Source: Leucoraja ocellata (lineage: Eukaryota). From it: 64,000 nt of DNA. The first letter of the stretch is position 1; each line of letters starts with the position of its first letter. The notes under the pieces are model-generated. The model was not told the origin of the DNA. It did not search any database and saw only the letters and a program-made list of their open reading frames with translations. Both the position numbers and the translations under genes were made by a program. Below, one piece after another: positions 49,790 through 61,870 of the stretch. The stretch is taken from assembly GCA_036785375.1 (NCBI GenBank), contig JAWMAR010000531.1:310001-374000 (forward strand), given 5' to 3'.

Positions 49790-50180
49790 AGGGGCGTGGA
49801 GGTTTAGCTCTCCAGCTGCAATCACCCCCCTCCCCCCGCCCCCCAATAACCAACTTCTACCTCGCCCACCCTCTCCTCACTCTATTCTCTCCACCCTCCT
49901 TCCTCCAGCTTCGCCTCAGCACTCCCCCCCTTCCTTCCTTCCTCCGACAACTCTCTTCTCACTGCCCCCCCCTCCTCTTTCCTCTGCTCCTCCCCCCTCA
50001 GTCAGCACTAACTGGACGCAGCGCTCCCATTAATGAGAGCTGAGCGTGTGTTCTGCGCCCACTGGCTTAGCTGCATGCTTGCTGTTTAATGTAACCCTCA
50101 CCTTTGCCTCAGTGCTGATGAGAGTTGTCCGTGCACGGGTTTCTCTATCTCAGCACTGCCATTGAAAACTTTAATCAGGT
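49790..50180 (+). promoter_or_regulatory. Possible second promoter / regulatory element
   Basis: GC boxes GGGGCGTGG (~49791) and CCCCGCCCC (~49834) with adjacent CCAAT, ~170-nt C/T-rich tract, locally retained CpGs, no recognisable repeat. Confidence 0.4.
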
Positions 50181-50487
50181 TTGTTTTAAATAGCTGCCTC
50201 GCATCTCTGAGGGATAGCTTCCAATTTCCAGTCTTCCTTACTGACTCCCTGAATGAGATTGCTCAGGCCATGAGCTGAACGCAGCATTTTACATGCTGTT
50301 GGTTTGTAACTAGGCCAAGGTGATCCCATTACTCATTTTCCTCAGGCCTCATGCTGCTGTCTGGGAAAGAAGGTTTTAATCCCATCCCTGCGGAGTAACT
50401 TCCAACCGTGATTCTTTAGACCCACTTTATAACACCTTGCTCCCATTCTGACAGATCTTCTCCAACTGATTTAATAGCAGCTTGAAG

Positions 50488-50915
50488 TTCCAAGGTTCAA
50501 AGGTATTTTATTGTCATGTGTACCAATTAAGGTCGAGTGAAACTCGTATTACCCATACAGCCGTACCAAACAAACTACAACCACATAAAAGTTAACATAA
50601 ACATCCACCACAGTGGATTCCCCACACTCCTCACTGTGATGGAAGGCAATAAAGTTAAATCTTCTTCCTCTTTGTTCTCCCACGGACGGGGCAGTCGAAC
50701 CATTCACAGTCGGGGCCATCAAAGCCCCCGTCAGGATGATCGAAACTCTCCGCAGCATGGAGCTCCCGAGTCGGCCTCTTCGTACCAGAGACCGCGGGCT
50801 TCCAAAGTTAAAGTCCCACATACTCCCGCCGCTTGGAGCGCCGGGTCGATCTCCAGTAAAGGCCGCCAACTCCACGATGTTAGGCCGCAGTGCGGACAGA
50901 TTTAAAAAAAAAAAT
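50488..50915 (-). repeat. Unclassified CpG-rich retroposon (same family as 33660-33866)
   Basis: Tail GGTTCCAAGGTTCAAAGG-TATTTTATTGTCA on the plus strand; shares core with 33660-33866. Confidence 0.7.
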
Positions 50916-51242
50916 CCAACATGAACAGTAATATTTCAGAATTGGATATGTGAAGAGCCACAATGTGAATTTGACCAAACAGTCAGACTGGTGTGCTTCA
51001 AATTAATTCTGGAGTCTCCAACTTTCAAGGTGTCAGAATGAGTAGTTTTAAATGAATTATTTACATTATGATTTTGCGGTTGGATGGAAGAGAAGACGGA
51101 CTTGCCTTTGTTTACTTGTGTGGGCTAACACACGTCTGGTCACTCCCACTCGATACTACTCCCAGCCACTGCCTCCTGTATAATGAACTTATATGTTATG
51201 CTGTATCTCTCAATGCCTACGGTTCTGTTTGAGGTTTAAATT

Positions 51243-51330
51243 AAGGGTCTGAAGAAGGGTCTCGGTCCATTCCTTCGCTTCAGAGATGCTGCCTGTCCTG
51301 CTGAGTTACTCCAGCTTTTTTGTGTCTACA
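51243..51330 (+). mobile_element. PLE terminal repeat, hammerhead partly deleted
   Basis: GGGTCTGAAGAAGGGTCTCG then CCATTCCTTC...GATGCTGCCTGTCCTGCTGAGTTACTCCAGC. Confidence 0.8.
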
Positions 51331-51750
51331 CAGTAATTATATTTCCTAATTCAACATTCATGTTCATCGCTGGAGCCATTTTTTAATGCTACAGAGTAAT
51401 GGAAGGATGAATTTTTAGCTTCAATAAGGTGATTTTCCCCTGCTGTTTTGTCCTCGTTTCATGATTTAGGATCCATTTACTGTCCCTTGGAGTAAGCTCG
51501 GTTAATGTAAATGGTGTAAGTCACCATCTCTGGCCATGGTGGCATTAATTTTGTTCTTTATCTTGCAATGTGAAAATTGTCCAGAAGCTGAATGTGATTC
51601 TGTTGTTTGAGGGGGAAAACTAGACTGAAAATATTACTCTAGCAACTTGCTGTGATTGGAGATGGAGAGTACTTTCATCTTAAACTGGTTATTGGGCTTG
51701 AGGGGTTTAACCTGAAAATGGAACCTGATATTGTAGGGGTCTGTGTTTCA

Positions 51751-51874
51751 GAAGGAACTGCAGATGCTGGAAAACCGAAGGTACACAAAAATGCTGGAGA
51801 AACTCAGCGGGTGCAGCAGCATCTATGGAGCGAAGGAAATAGGCAACGCTTCGGGCCGAAACCTTTCTTCAGAC
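51751..51874 (-). mobile_element. Short PLE-derived element (family 2)
   Basis: Near-identical to 16085-16206; hammerhead GAAA mutated to GAAG. Confidence 0.85.
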
Positions 51875-52149
51875 AACCACAAATGTCTCACAAGGTGACA
51901 TGAAGGAGGAGGAAGATCTTTAAGGCAAAGATCGATGGGTTCCTTGATAAGCAAGTGGATAAAAGCTTACCACAGATAGAAGGAAATTACAGAGTTAATA
52001 TTATAGCAAGATTAACCATAATCTTAATAAATGGCACATTCACGTGGAGCTAAATGACCTACTCACATTCATAATGTATGTTCAGCTGATCTTTTACTGT
52101 GGCATTAAAGAAACGTTGAACTGCAGCCCACATTTTAAACTATAGGTTG

Positions 52150-52290
52150 TCGTTATCTCATTGCTGTTTATAAGAATTTACTGCATACAAATTGGCTGTT
52201 CTGTTTTCTACTTCACAACAATGACCACAGTTTAGTCTAAAAGCACTTTGAAAAAGGACAGAAGTCGTACAAGATTTAAGTTCTCTTTAA
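52150..52290 (+). mobile_element. DeuSINE-like 3' fragment
   Basis: TTATCTCATTGCTGTTT...CAAATTGGCTG...CACAACAATGAC...AAAGCACTTTG. Confidence 0.55.
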
Positions 52291-53254
52291 TTTTAACAGG
52301 ATTCCAAAACGATTAGCATAATTGCACTATCAATATTACCACGTTTTGCCTCGCTTGGTCCTTTTTATTGTGTTAGATGCAGAAACACGCTTGCCAGGAT
52401 CAGCAGATGTGCCGCTCGAGGAACATAATGTCATCTGAAAGAACCCCATACAGGACTTTCTTTTTATAAAAAAAAGTACATTTCCCATTATTGCTTAACA
52501 GATTTACTAGAAACCACACCAATTCCTTTTAGATGATCAGAATGTGCAAGAGCCTTGTCTGGGTCATTGTGTGACCATCAGTTTCTCAATACAGTGAGCC
52601 GTGGACCCAACAGGATAACATTTAGAGTCAGTCGCTCTTGTCAACAAGGGGTCAGGGAGAAACATGCAGTAGAGGCCATATGCAATATAGGGTTGAGTGT
52701 AGGCATGGGCACAGGCAAGAAGACCTGATACCCTTCACCTTCATTGGCACACTTGAGTAAGGAACTGCTTTACTTTTGGATGTTTGGTGAGTCCCCATGT
52801 GGAGTGAAACATGGAGTTGCGAGGCTGATCTTCTGCTCCAGGCATTGCTGTCTTTCAAAATTGGAGACCACTGCCTTGATTCAAGAAAGACAGCAGCTTG
52901 ACCATTCTGTACTAAAGTGCGTGCTGCTATCCCCTCCTTGTCCCACCATCCCTCTCCACACAGCACAACCTACTGCTGGTGAATTTGTACTACAGAAAGG
53001 TCTGTCCAACTGAGCCACTGAGATCTGTTCCAAGCTGTGGCTTTGCCCAGGGCACAGGGTCCACTGGCAGTTTGCACTATGTGCCTTTGCCAAAGAGCCA
53101 AGACATGTCACCTGTCCTGAAAGACAAAAGAAACCCCCAAGGGTCATTATTGCCCCATGTAGCCATCGTCTTCAATAAAACTATAACTGCTGTGCAGGAT
53201 ATTTTCCAGCAAGTCTTAATTTGCACCCAGTTCTCTAAAGAACTGGTGTCAGTT

Positions 53255-53520
53255 GTACCATAGTTGCCTTTGAGTTAGAAGATTGTGGGTTCAAGTCTTA
53301 TTCCAGCCTCTCGGGTGCATAACCAGCTGAGCATTACAATGCAATTTTGACAGGATGTTGCACTGTTGGAAATGCCACCTTTCAGATATGAACATAAGAC
53401 ACAGGGGCAGAAATAGGCCATTCGGCCCATCTTCTGCTCCACTATTTGATCATGGCTATTTTTCCCCCTTAACTCCATTCTCCTGCCTATTCCCAGTGAC
53501 CTTTGATGCATTTACTAATC
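53255..53520. mobile_element. DeuSINE-like head (+) followed by a CR1 tail (-)
   Basis: GAGTTAGAAGATTGTGGGTTCAAGTC...GCACTGTTGGAAATGCCACCTTTCAGAT, then GGGGCAGAAATAGGCCATTCGGCCCATC. Confidence 0.65.
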
Positions 53521-54360
53521 TAGCTCACTCTCACATAAACATAATAATCCATGACATGATTAGATCCGGATATCTGGACAAATATTTATCTCAAAACGTA
53601 GCACATTGCCTTTTGTTGAACCTTGCATATTGGCTAAGTTGGGTCCCCTTAAAAGTCACTAAGTTACTGCAAACAATTCAAGGGCATTAGGATGGATTCT
53701 TCACAGAAGGAATATCAAATCGCAAACTGCACGACCCAAAGAGCAGACTCCTAACTTGTTATCGCGACTGACACTTTGTGATCAGAAAGCCCATAAAGAC
53801 TTGTGTCTCATGTCAGCCAATCTGCAACAAAATGATTCATGGCTACCATGGAGGACAGAGAGAATGGAGTAGGAATACAGAAGCACCAAAGTTGTCACAG
53901 AGAGAGAGACAAAGAATGGCAATAAATTAAATGTACATCTGGAGGGATAACCCACAAATAATGGAGCAATACTGGGAAGAAAAATTAATGACAGATCAAA
54001 AGATATGTAAAGTCTAAACGCTCTTCTTATTCATTTCCACCCCTCCTACACACCTCGAGCCCAACTCTTCACACCCCCATCGTAGACAGTTGATCACTAT
54101 AGATGAACATTTATTTAATACAAAGGGATTGATGTTGTATTATTCACTGAGGACACGAGGGAAGCTCCCCCTGGGCACCGTCCATCAGGTAGGCAAGGAG
54201 AACCCAACGCAAGCAGAATACACTTAGGTGCCCATTAAGTGAGTTCTTCAGCAGTTAAATTCTCCAGAAATTATTCTTTGGTGGTTTAAGAACAGACTGC
54301 ACAATTTAGGATCTCTGGTGGAATTTGGAGCAGCCTTGTCAAGGGGCTGTGTTCCTTGTG

Positions 54361-54572
54361 TTGTAGGAAGGAACTGCAGATGCTGGTTCACACTGAAGTT
54401 AGACACAAAATGCTGGAGTAACTCATCAGGTCAGGCAACATCTCTGGAGAAAAGGAATAGGTGACGTTCTGGGTCGAGACCCTTCTTCAGACCCTGAAAA
54501 CCCTTCAGTCTGAAGAAGGGTCTCAACCCTAAACGTCGCCTATTCCTTATCTCCAGAGATGCTGCCTGACAC
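54361..54572. mobile_element. Head-to-head inverted PLE repeats carrying two hammerhead motifs
   Basis: Minus-strand motif at 54463-54490 and plus-strand motif at 54510-54537. GCTGTGTTCCTTGT duplicated at 54346-54359 and 54573-54586. Confidence 0.85.
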
Positions 54573-55832
54573 GCTGTGTTCCTTGTTACTGCCAAATTGC
54601 TTCTGATGATCGCCTTGTGAGCTTCAGTTTATAATAGGATGACTTGAAATCTGAATGCGGACACAGAATGGAAGTGCCCAGTTAATTTTTGCGATTGTTG
54701 TGATTTTATCCAGAAAGTGTCATTCGTGCAATTTGGTTCGGAGTTATATCAATTCGGAATCAGTTGGCATTGGGGAAACCCAGCACCAGGAGAGTCATTT
54801 TATAGGCAAATGTCGTGATTTTGAGTGCAGTCAGCAGCTGATCCCAGTTCAAACACTTAGCAATGGTAGCTAAAGACAAATGCTTCCCCCCCCCCCACAC
54901 ACGCACACATTTGCTAACCAAATGACTCGTATTGCTCGTCCTGCAACAGGCCACCTACAAATTAAAAGACAACATTTTCACTGGAGGAAGATTACATGCA
55001 CATAAAACGTGTACAAGCATGCAACAATTCAGATAGAAACTGCTGATCCATCAGTCTTGTGACTAAACACATCTTTCCAGCAGTGGCCATACTTTTACCA
55101 ATGGTGGATGAGTTATATTAAAGAATAAAACTACCAACTACCTACCAGCCATGATGTTCAAATATCCTTAAGAACGAGAGCACAGAGGAGGAAAAAAGAG
55201 ATACCTTGAGATGAGCATTATGTGACTACATTATAACTACTAAACCACCCCAATGTCGCATATGCCCTTTCTTGCATGCAAGGCCTCTAGATGTGGCTAC
55301 TGCAACATTACACACTGCATCTAGAAAGATGCTCACATTTCCATCTCTGCCAGTGTGTTGTCTACTCCAGCCTTTTAACCAAAACTGGATAGGTGTATGA
55401 ACAAATAAAACTGATGAACCATAGAAAAGCGACTGGGCCATCGCGCCTCGGCAGTTGAATCACGATGGCTCATGCATCACAATTTAGGCAGCACTTGTCC
55501 ACCAGAACCATGCAACCTCTTGGGAAAGGTGAGGACATATCAGTTTAAACATTTAATGCAAGTTATTGGGTAATTTTAATGCACCCCATCAGACATGATC
55601 CACTTCTTTCACGTCTTTATTGACATGGGATGCATCATTAGATTTGGAAATAGGGAAAAGGTTAGCCAGTAAAAAAATTAAATAAAAAAGTTTCTATTTA
55701 ACATGTCATAATTCAGATTGATTTTTGTTTTCATTTAAACTATGACGGGAGACAGCCCGAGTGGAGCTCTCTCTCCCCTTCTCCATTCGACAATCCCCTT
55801 CTGAATTATCATCTGTCCATCTCCTCCACAGA

Positions 55833-56328
55833 TAGGGTTGCCAGCTTTTTCACTCCCAAATAAAGGACAAAAGGTCAAAATAAGGAACAAATTCCCAACG
55901 GCACTTAGTTGACCGACTCGGCCGTGGCTGGGTGAATGATGAGTTGGGCCGGGTGCTGGACTGCACACAAAGCCCAGCCGGTGGGGCCAGCTGAGGAGTT
56001 TTGGCCCGCACGAAGTCCAGCACCCCATCCAACGCATGAACCGATGATCGGCCATGAGAAAGGAGGGGTGGTGATGTCGGCGGTAAGCGAAGGTCGGCCA
56101 GCTGGCTGGGCTGCCGACCAACACGGGCGAGACACTGCTGCTGCACTCCATGGGCTGCATTACGTCGGGACGGGTGAGGCAGGGTTGGACACGGCGCTCC
56201 GACCCGACAGTCCCTTCGTCCCGAGTAGTAGCAGTTAAATACGGGACAAGGGCGGTCCCATGTGGGACAAACCAATTTAGCCCAAGATATGGGATGTCCC
56301 GGTTAATAAGGGACAGTTGACAACCCTA
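55833..56328. mobile_element. hAT (Blackjack-like) non-autonomous DNA transposon
   Basis: TIRs TAGGGTTGCCA / TGACAACCCTA; perfect 8-bp TSD TCCACAGA (55825-55832, 56329-56336); subterminal GGGACA repeats; inserted into a PLE repeat. Confidence 0.92.
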
Positions 56329-57494
56329 TCCACAGATGCTGCCTGACCCGCTGAATTCCTCTAGAACCTTGTTTATTTGTTCAAATGGGATCGGTGGGCA
56401 TCCTGTTTAAACTAGTTGTATACATGAGAGGGTTTGTAACGTTACTTACTCGACATCCCTTTTCTTGATTGTCCTCCCAGATGCCATGACCTCTGCTACT
56501 TTAGACACAATGGGGTCATAGTTCATGCTCGACACGGCAATGACCTCATCGCTCCTGGAGAACGAAAACACAAACGTTACCCAATGTTCTTTTATTATTT
56601 ACCATTTTGTTTTGTGAAAGACACATGGAAGATCAAGGACGGTGAAAGAAGACAAACATCGTTAGTTATCTATCCTTGTTTGGCCTACAACAATGTACCA
56701 CGGAGAGAAAGGAAATCGGAGCAGTCTTGCCGATGAGCCCTCATTTTGAAATTCATCTCGTTGAAGATGAACAAATGAGCTTTGGTCTTAGTCACCAAAG
56801 GAAACTTGTGATTCTTATGTCAGAGTCTTGTGAAAGATCAGTGTATACTTTCCAGAAGTGTGCTGCTGTTCAAGTAGTCAAAATTGTATTCCTGGGTGTT
56901 ATATAGGGCTACTGGAGAAGCTCAGTGGATCAGGCAGCTACAGTAGAGTCAAGGAGACAATTGAGGGAGAAGAGAACATAAGGAATGCAGATGACTTCAT
57001 TGTAGCACAGATTGGCAGCCATTCGGCCCAGGAGGTTCATGCCAGCTCTTTGCCATGTTAGATTCCGTAGAGTAGGACGAGAAACCTTGGGCCCAATAAT
57101 GCTATTTCTGCACTACACATTTAATCTTCTGCCACTATCAGCCAAAATTCAAAACAAGAACATAGTTTTGAACAGTCTTCGTTTTTTTTTTTTACACACA
57201 AAAAAGTACAATTACCAAAATTAGAGAGTACATATAGAAGTATTAATATCAATATTGGTGAAACATGATCAGCAGGAGAAAGAAAATCACAGTTGGATCT
57301 AAACTGTTTGCAAGGACACACCTACAAAGAAAATGACATTGTACCAGACGATTGAATGTTATATTATTGTTAGGGTTAAACACCGTGATCATGCAAAGAC
57401 AAGAAAATATCGCTTGAGCTCTGAAGAATCTGGGAAATGTAATTGGCAGGAATTATTTTAAAAAAATAAAGCAGATAAATAACAACATACAAGG

Positions 57495-58395
57495 CATGAT
57501 TGGTAAGTTTGCAGTTGACACAAAAGTGGGTGCTATTGTAGATAGTGAAGGTGGTTGTCAAAAATTGCAGCAGGTTCTTGATCGGTTGGGCAGGTGGGCT
57601 GAGAAATGGTTAATGGAGTTTATTTAATGCAGAGGAGTGTGAGGTGAGCATTTTGGGAAGGCAAACCAGGGCAGGACCTACATGGTGAATGTCAGGGTGC
57701 TGCAATAGAGCAGAGGGATCTAGGAGTGCAGGTACACAGTTCCTTGAAAGTGGTGTCACAAGTAGATAGGGTGGTGAAGGTGGCTTTCAGCACATTGGCC
57801 TCCATCAGTCAGAGTATTGAGTATAGACATTGAGAGGTCATGTTGCAGTTGTACAAGATATTGGTGAGGCCACATTTAGAGTATTGTGTTCAGTTTTGGT
57901 CACCCTTTTATTGAAAAGATGTTGCTAAGCTGAAAATGGCGCAGAAAAGATTTACGAGGATGTTGCCAGGACTCGAGGGCCTATAGGGAGTGTTTGAGCA
58001 GGCTAGGACTTTATTACTTGAAATGCAGGTGGATGAGGAGTGTCTGACAGAGGTGTATAAAATCATGAGGGGAGTAGATAGGGTAAATGTAGTCTTTTAC
58101 CTAGAGTAGATTAAATTGAGAATCAGAGGATATTGGTTTAAGGTGAGAGGGGAAAGATTTAATAGGAATCTGATGGGCAACTTTTTTTATGGATATATGG
58201 AACAAGCTGCAGGAAGAGGTCGTTGAGGCAGGTACTATCACAACATTTAAGAAACCTTTAGACAGGTACATGCAATGGATAGGTTTAGAAGAATATGAGC
58301 CAAACGCAGGCAGGTGGGACTGGTGTAGACAGGGCATATTGTTTGATGTGGGCAAATTGGGCTGAATGGCCTATTTCCATGCAGTACGACTCGAC
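57495..58395 (+). mobile_element. CR1 LINE 3' part
   Basis: GKFAVDTKVG (decayed FADDTK), LVRPHLEYCVQFWSP, RFTRMLPGLEGL, CR1 tail. Confidence 0.93.
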
Positions 58396-59148
58396 AGATT
58401 ATAAAAAGATTGCCAAAGGAGAATAAAGGCAACTTAAAAATGCGGAAACATAGCAAGACCTGTGGATTCTCCACAGATTTAGCCAGGAATCTGGACTTTA
58501 AAAGGTCTTTAACAAACATGGGACGATATATCACCCCATGAGTGGCACACGTGCTTGGTTTAAGGATAATTTGTGAACATTAATGAACATAACACTAATT
58601 AATGTATCGATGCTGAGAATGTTGGAAGAGTTTTTGCATTGTTCTTGTTTTGTATATATTTTTGTTTTTCTGAATAACTTTTTTTTGGTGGGGGGGGGAG
58701 CAAACAACTTAAAAGGTACAAATAAAGATTTGAGGATGGCTAACTAGGATATAAAATAGAATGTGAAAAATAAATGGATAAATTGTAGGGAATTTAGAAA
58801 CAAGAACAGTGTTTACAAAAAATGGTAATGAAAAGTTGGGTCTATTACAAGATAAACTCTGCAGTAGCAAATAGAAAATGATGGATTCATCAGAAGGTTG
58901 TGAGATTCATCTTCATTGCCTGAAAGTAAATTGATGGAATACTTGTTCCCTTTAGAGCATCTACAATGAAATCAATGGAAATTAAATATGCAGTTAGTTT
59001 TAGTACTGATATTGTCAGGTTTTTGTTAGCTAATGTTGGCAATGGATATGGAGGTAAGGTGGAGATACAGATCAGCCATGATCTATCTAAATGAAAGTTA
59101 GGAACAGGCTCAAGATACTAAATGGCATGTTCCTAATTCCTATTTCAG

Positions 59149-59256
59149 ACACAATCTATGTAACTGGCTTCATACTGTCAAGAGAACTCAATGGAAAGGA
59201 CTATGAGTTGCTGAGTACAGTGGGTGGTCGAATTGATCCGATTAGTTACGCGGCAG
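59149..59256 (+). CDS. Weak candidate 108-nt phase-1/phase-1 exon
   Basis: CCTAATTCCTATTTCAG| ... GCAG|GTATTC; one open frame (D)TIYVTGFILSRELNGKDYELLSTVGGRIDPISYAA. The acceptor lies in a decayed CR1 tail. Confidence 0.2.
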
Positions 59257-61679
59257 GTATTCATTTTAACGTTTGGCATAATATTACTCCCTATGATTTC
59301 ACACTCAGATATAGACTGTTGATTTGAGAGTCTTAATAGTTTTTCTTGCAAAACCTTACAGCCAACAGACATTGGATCCAGTAGAATGTCATGACTAGAT
59401 TGTGTCTCTTGCACAAGGGATTGCAAGATCTTGAAGCAAAGGTCAAGCTTTGAAAATCCACCAATTCCATGGTCCCAACTATTGTGATGCAGACACCTTT
59501 TATTCTGGGTAGCAGTAATCAGAACAAGTGAAGATCTGAAGTTCAGTTCAATTTTCATCACTGATTTTACAATTCCAAGTTAAAGCTGTTTAACCTCCTC
59601 ACTGCCAGTGTACCTGTTCCCAAATGGGCAGTTGGATGGACAACAGAATCAAGCATAATGCAAGCCAGAAGAACATTTTGTACATAGCAGATTAAATAAA
59701 CTCTAGTGAGCTATTCCTATATCTGTACTCGCCCAAGTACACACAGACCCTGTCTCTATACCACTGTTATTGTAAACGTATGTTCTGTAATTCTCACATT
59801 TATCTGTACAACTCACGCACATCTATTCCCCACCATCTCCACATACATGCAATTGTGCCAGTCATTGTATACATCCATGCTCTTTATAACTCTTTATATA
59901 AACTGCAATGCTGTTGTATACTAATAGTTGTATACTGTGTAGTGGCCATTTGGCTTCATTTTGTGTGTCATAAATTATGGCATTTGCCTTTAAATTTTGT
60001 CTGCCTGTATTTATGTGGGTGGGATTTATTACGTAGTCGGAGGCGTGTTTGCTGCTGGGATTCTTGGGCAGAAGCTTGTAGTTTTTTTTAAGTTAGTTTG
60101 GAGTAAGCATGGCGGGAAGGCATCTCTTTCGAACATAGAGCATTCTAACATTGATCAGTCTGGATTAATATCTTACTGTTTTACTTCGACAATAAAGAAA
60201 CTATTAATCAAGAGACCGTTTTGAAAGTGTATCTTTCGAGAGGCTTTGAACGGTGCGTGGAGAGGTCCCATGCGTATACGACACTATCTCCTTACCCCGT
60301 GTCTCCTCATGGTGGCTAAAGGGACAAATTCCTTGAACGATATAATACTGCTGCTATATACTGTATATGTATACCTGCAATTCTTCATCTCTACATGTGT
60401 TTCCACACCTTGAAAGATCCATGCACAGGTTCCTGTACATTGATAAATCTATCATGATGCCATAACTCATGTTGTATATATCTATTTGCACCTGTTCCTA
60501 ATGTTCTCACTATTTATATCCATATCCTTGTTCCCAGATTTCTCAAAAAGACCAGCTGCAGTCCTGCAATTCACCAACAATTCTACTGGAGTATCTGCAC
60601 CATTTTCTAGGGCCAGGTCGGATCTCCTACAGAAACTATCCTGTATATATTGAAACCATTAGCATCCGTTGAAGCATAAGAGCTATTTTAGCTGGGTAGA
60701 TAGCACTCGCGATAGTTCCCTTTCAAATATTGGCCACGGTATTTCATATGATGGATTCCCCTGGCATCAATCTCAATGTTGCAAGTCATGCACAGCTCAT
60801 AACCTTCCTTACCAAGAGAATTACAGCTTTAGTATGAAACCTCGTGCTTTCATTGAACCCTCGCATAAACTAGGAGAATATGGCATTGAAAGACACAAAG
60901 TGCTGGAGTAATTCAGTGGAGAGTAACTCTGGAGAAGATGGATATGTGACGTTTTGGGCCGGTAGAAAAACAAAACTGGGTGAAAGTTGAGACTCATTTG
61001 CTAACCAATACAGCTGACCTTACACCTGGATAGTTATCCTTCTGAGGATACAAAAGATGCTAAATAAATTCCAAAGCCCCCTTTCTAATTGTTCATGATC
61101 TAACTATTATTGTGGTTAATCTAACACACAACTGGCATCAGCATTCAGCTAAGGAGAGTATACTAATCTGCAGATATTGGAAGGCACTTGGGCTGAAATG
61201 AGCGAAGTCCAGCAGTGGAGTGGAAGAGGTTAGACTGAGCTCTGCATGTGTCAGTATGAGTGGTTATCAGAATGATGATTGGGAAAGAGACGAAGAGAAG
61301 CATATATAGGGATGGATTCCTCCACCAGTGAACTCCATTTTTACCTCCAGGTCTGTATGCAGTTGTTCATCCCAGTGGCTTTCCTAAATTGTAAAATAAT
61401 CTCAGTTTTAAACGCCAGACACAAACAAAAGCACAATTGCACATAGAAATAAACTTATTTCAAAGAGTCAGTATAAAGCATTTATCATTATGTGGTCTGG
61501 TGCTGTCATCTTACTTTACAGTAGCTGTGAGAAATCTTGGATAGCCAAAGTCAGGACAGCAAATGGTTAGAAGCACCTACTTTGTGTAGAACGCCACAAA
61601 CTTCCGCTCATCCAAATCTCCTTGAATGATAACATCATCAAATCCTTCCCCATGACCTGCAAGAGGCAAGGAGTTGCAA

Positions 61680-61870
61680 TCATAGAATCATACAGCGTGG
61701 ATACAGGCCATTCGGCCCAAGTTGCCCATTCCAACCAACATGTCCCATCTACATTAATCCCAGCATATCCCTCTAAACCCGTCCTATCCATGTACCTGTC
61801 TAATTGTTTCTTAAATGTTGCCTTAAATAGTCCGTGCCTCAACTATCTCCCATGTCAGCTCGTTTCCTAC
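61680..61870 (-). mobile_element. CR1 3' tail
   Basis: ORF 61567-61842 includes ATFKKQLDRYMDRTGLEGY. Confidence 0.85.

Noticed and set aside
50110-50158. Hairpin as a pre-miRNA
   Set aside because: Too short and bulged, and no known mature miRNA recognised.
52640-53250. Moderately GC-rich stretch with ORFs and a CAFAKE motif
   Set aside because: Possibly a decayed L1/Tx1 C-terminus, but too weak to call, and no splice support for an exon.
55735-56275. Overlapping 100-141 aa ORFs as a transposase
   Set aside because: They lie within a 496-bp GC-rich MITE and show no transposase motifs.
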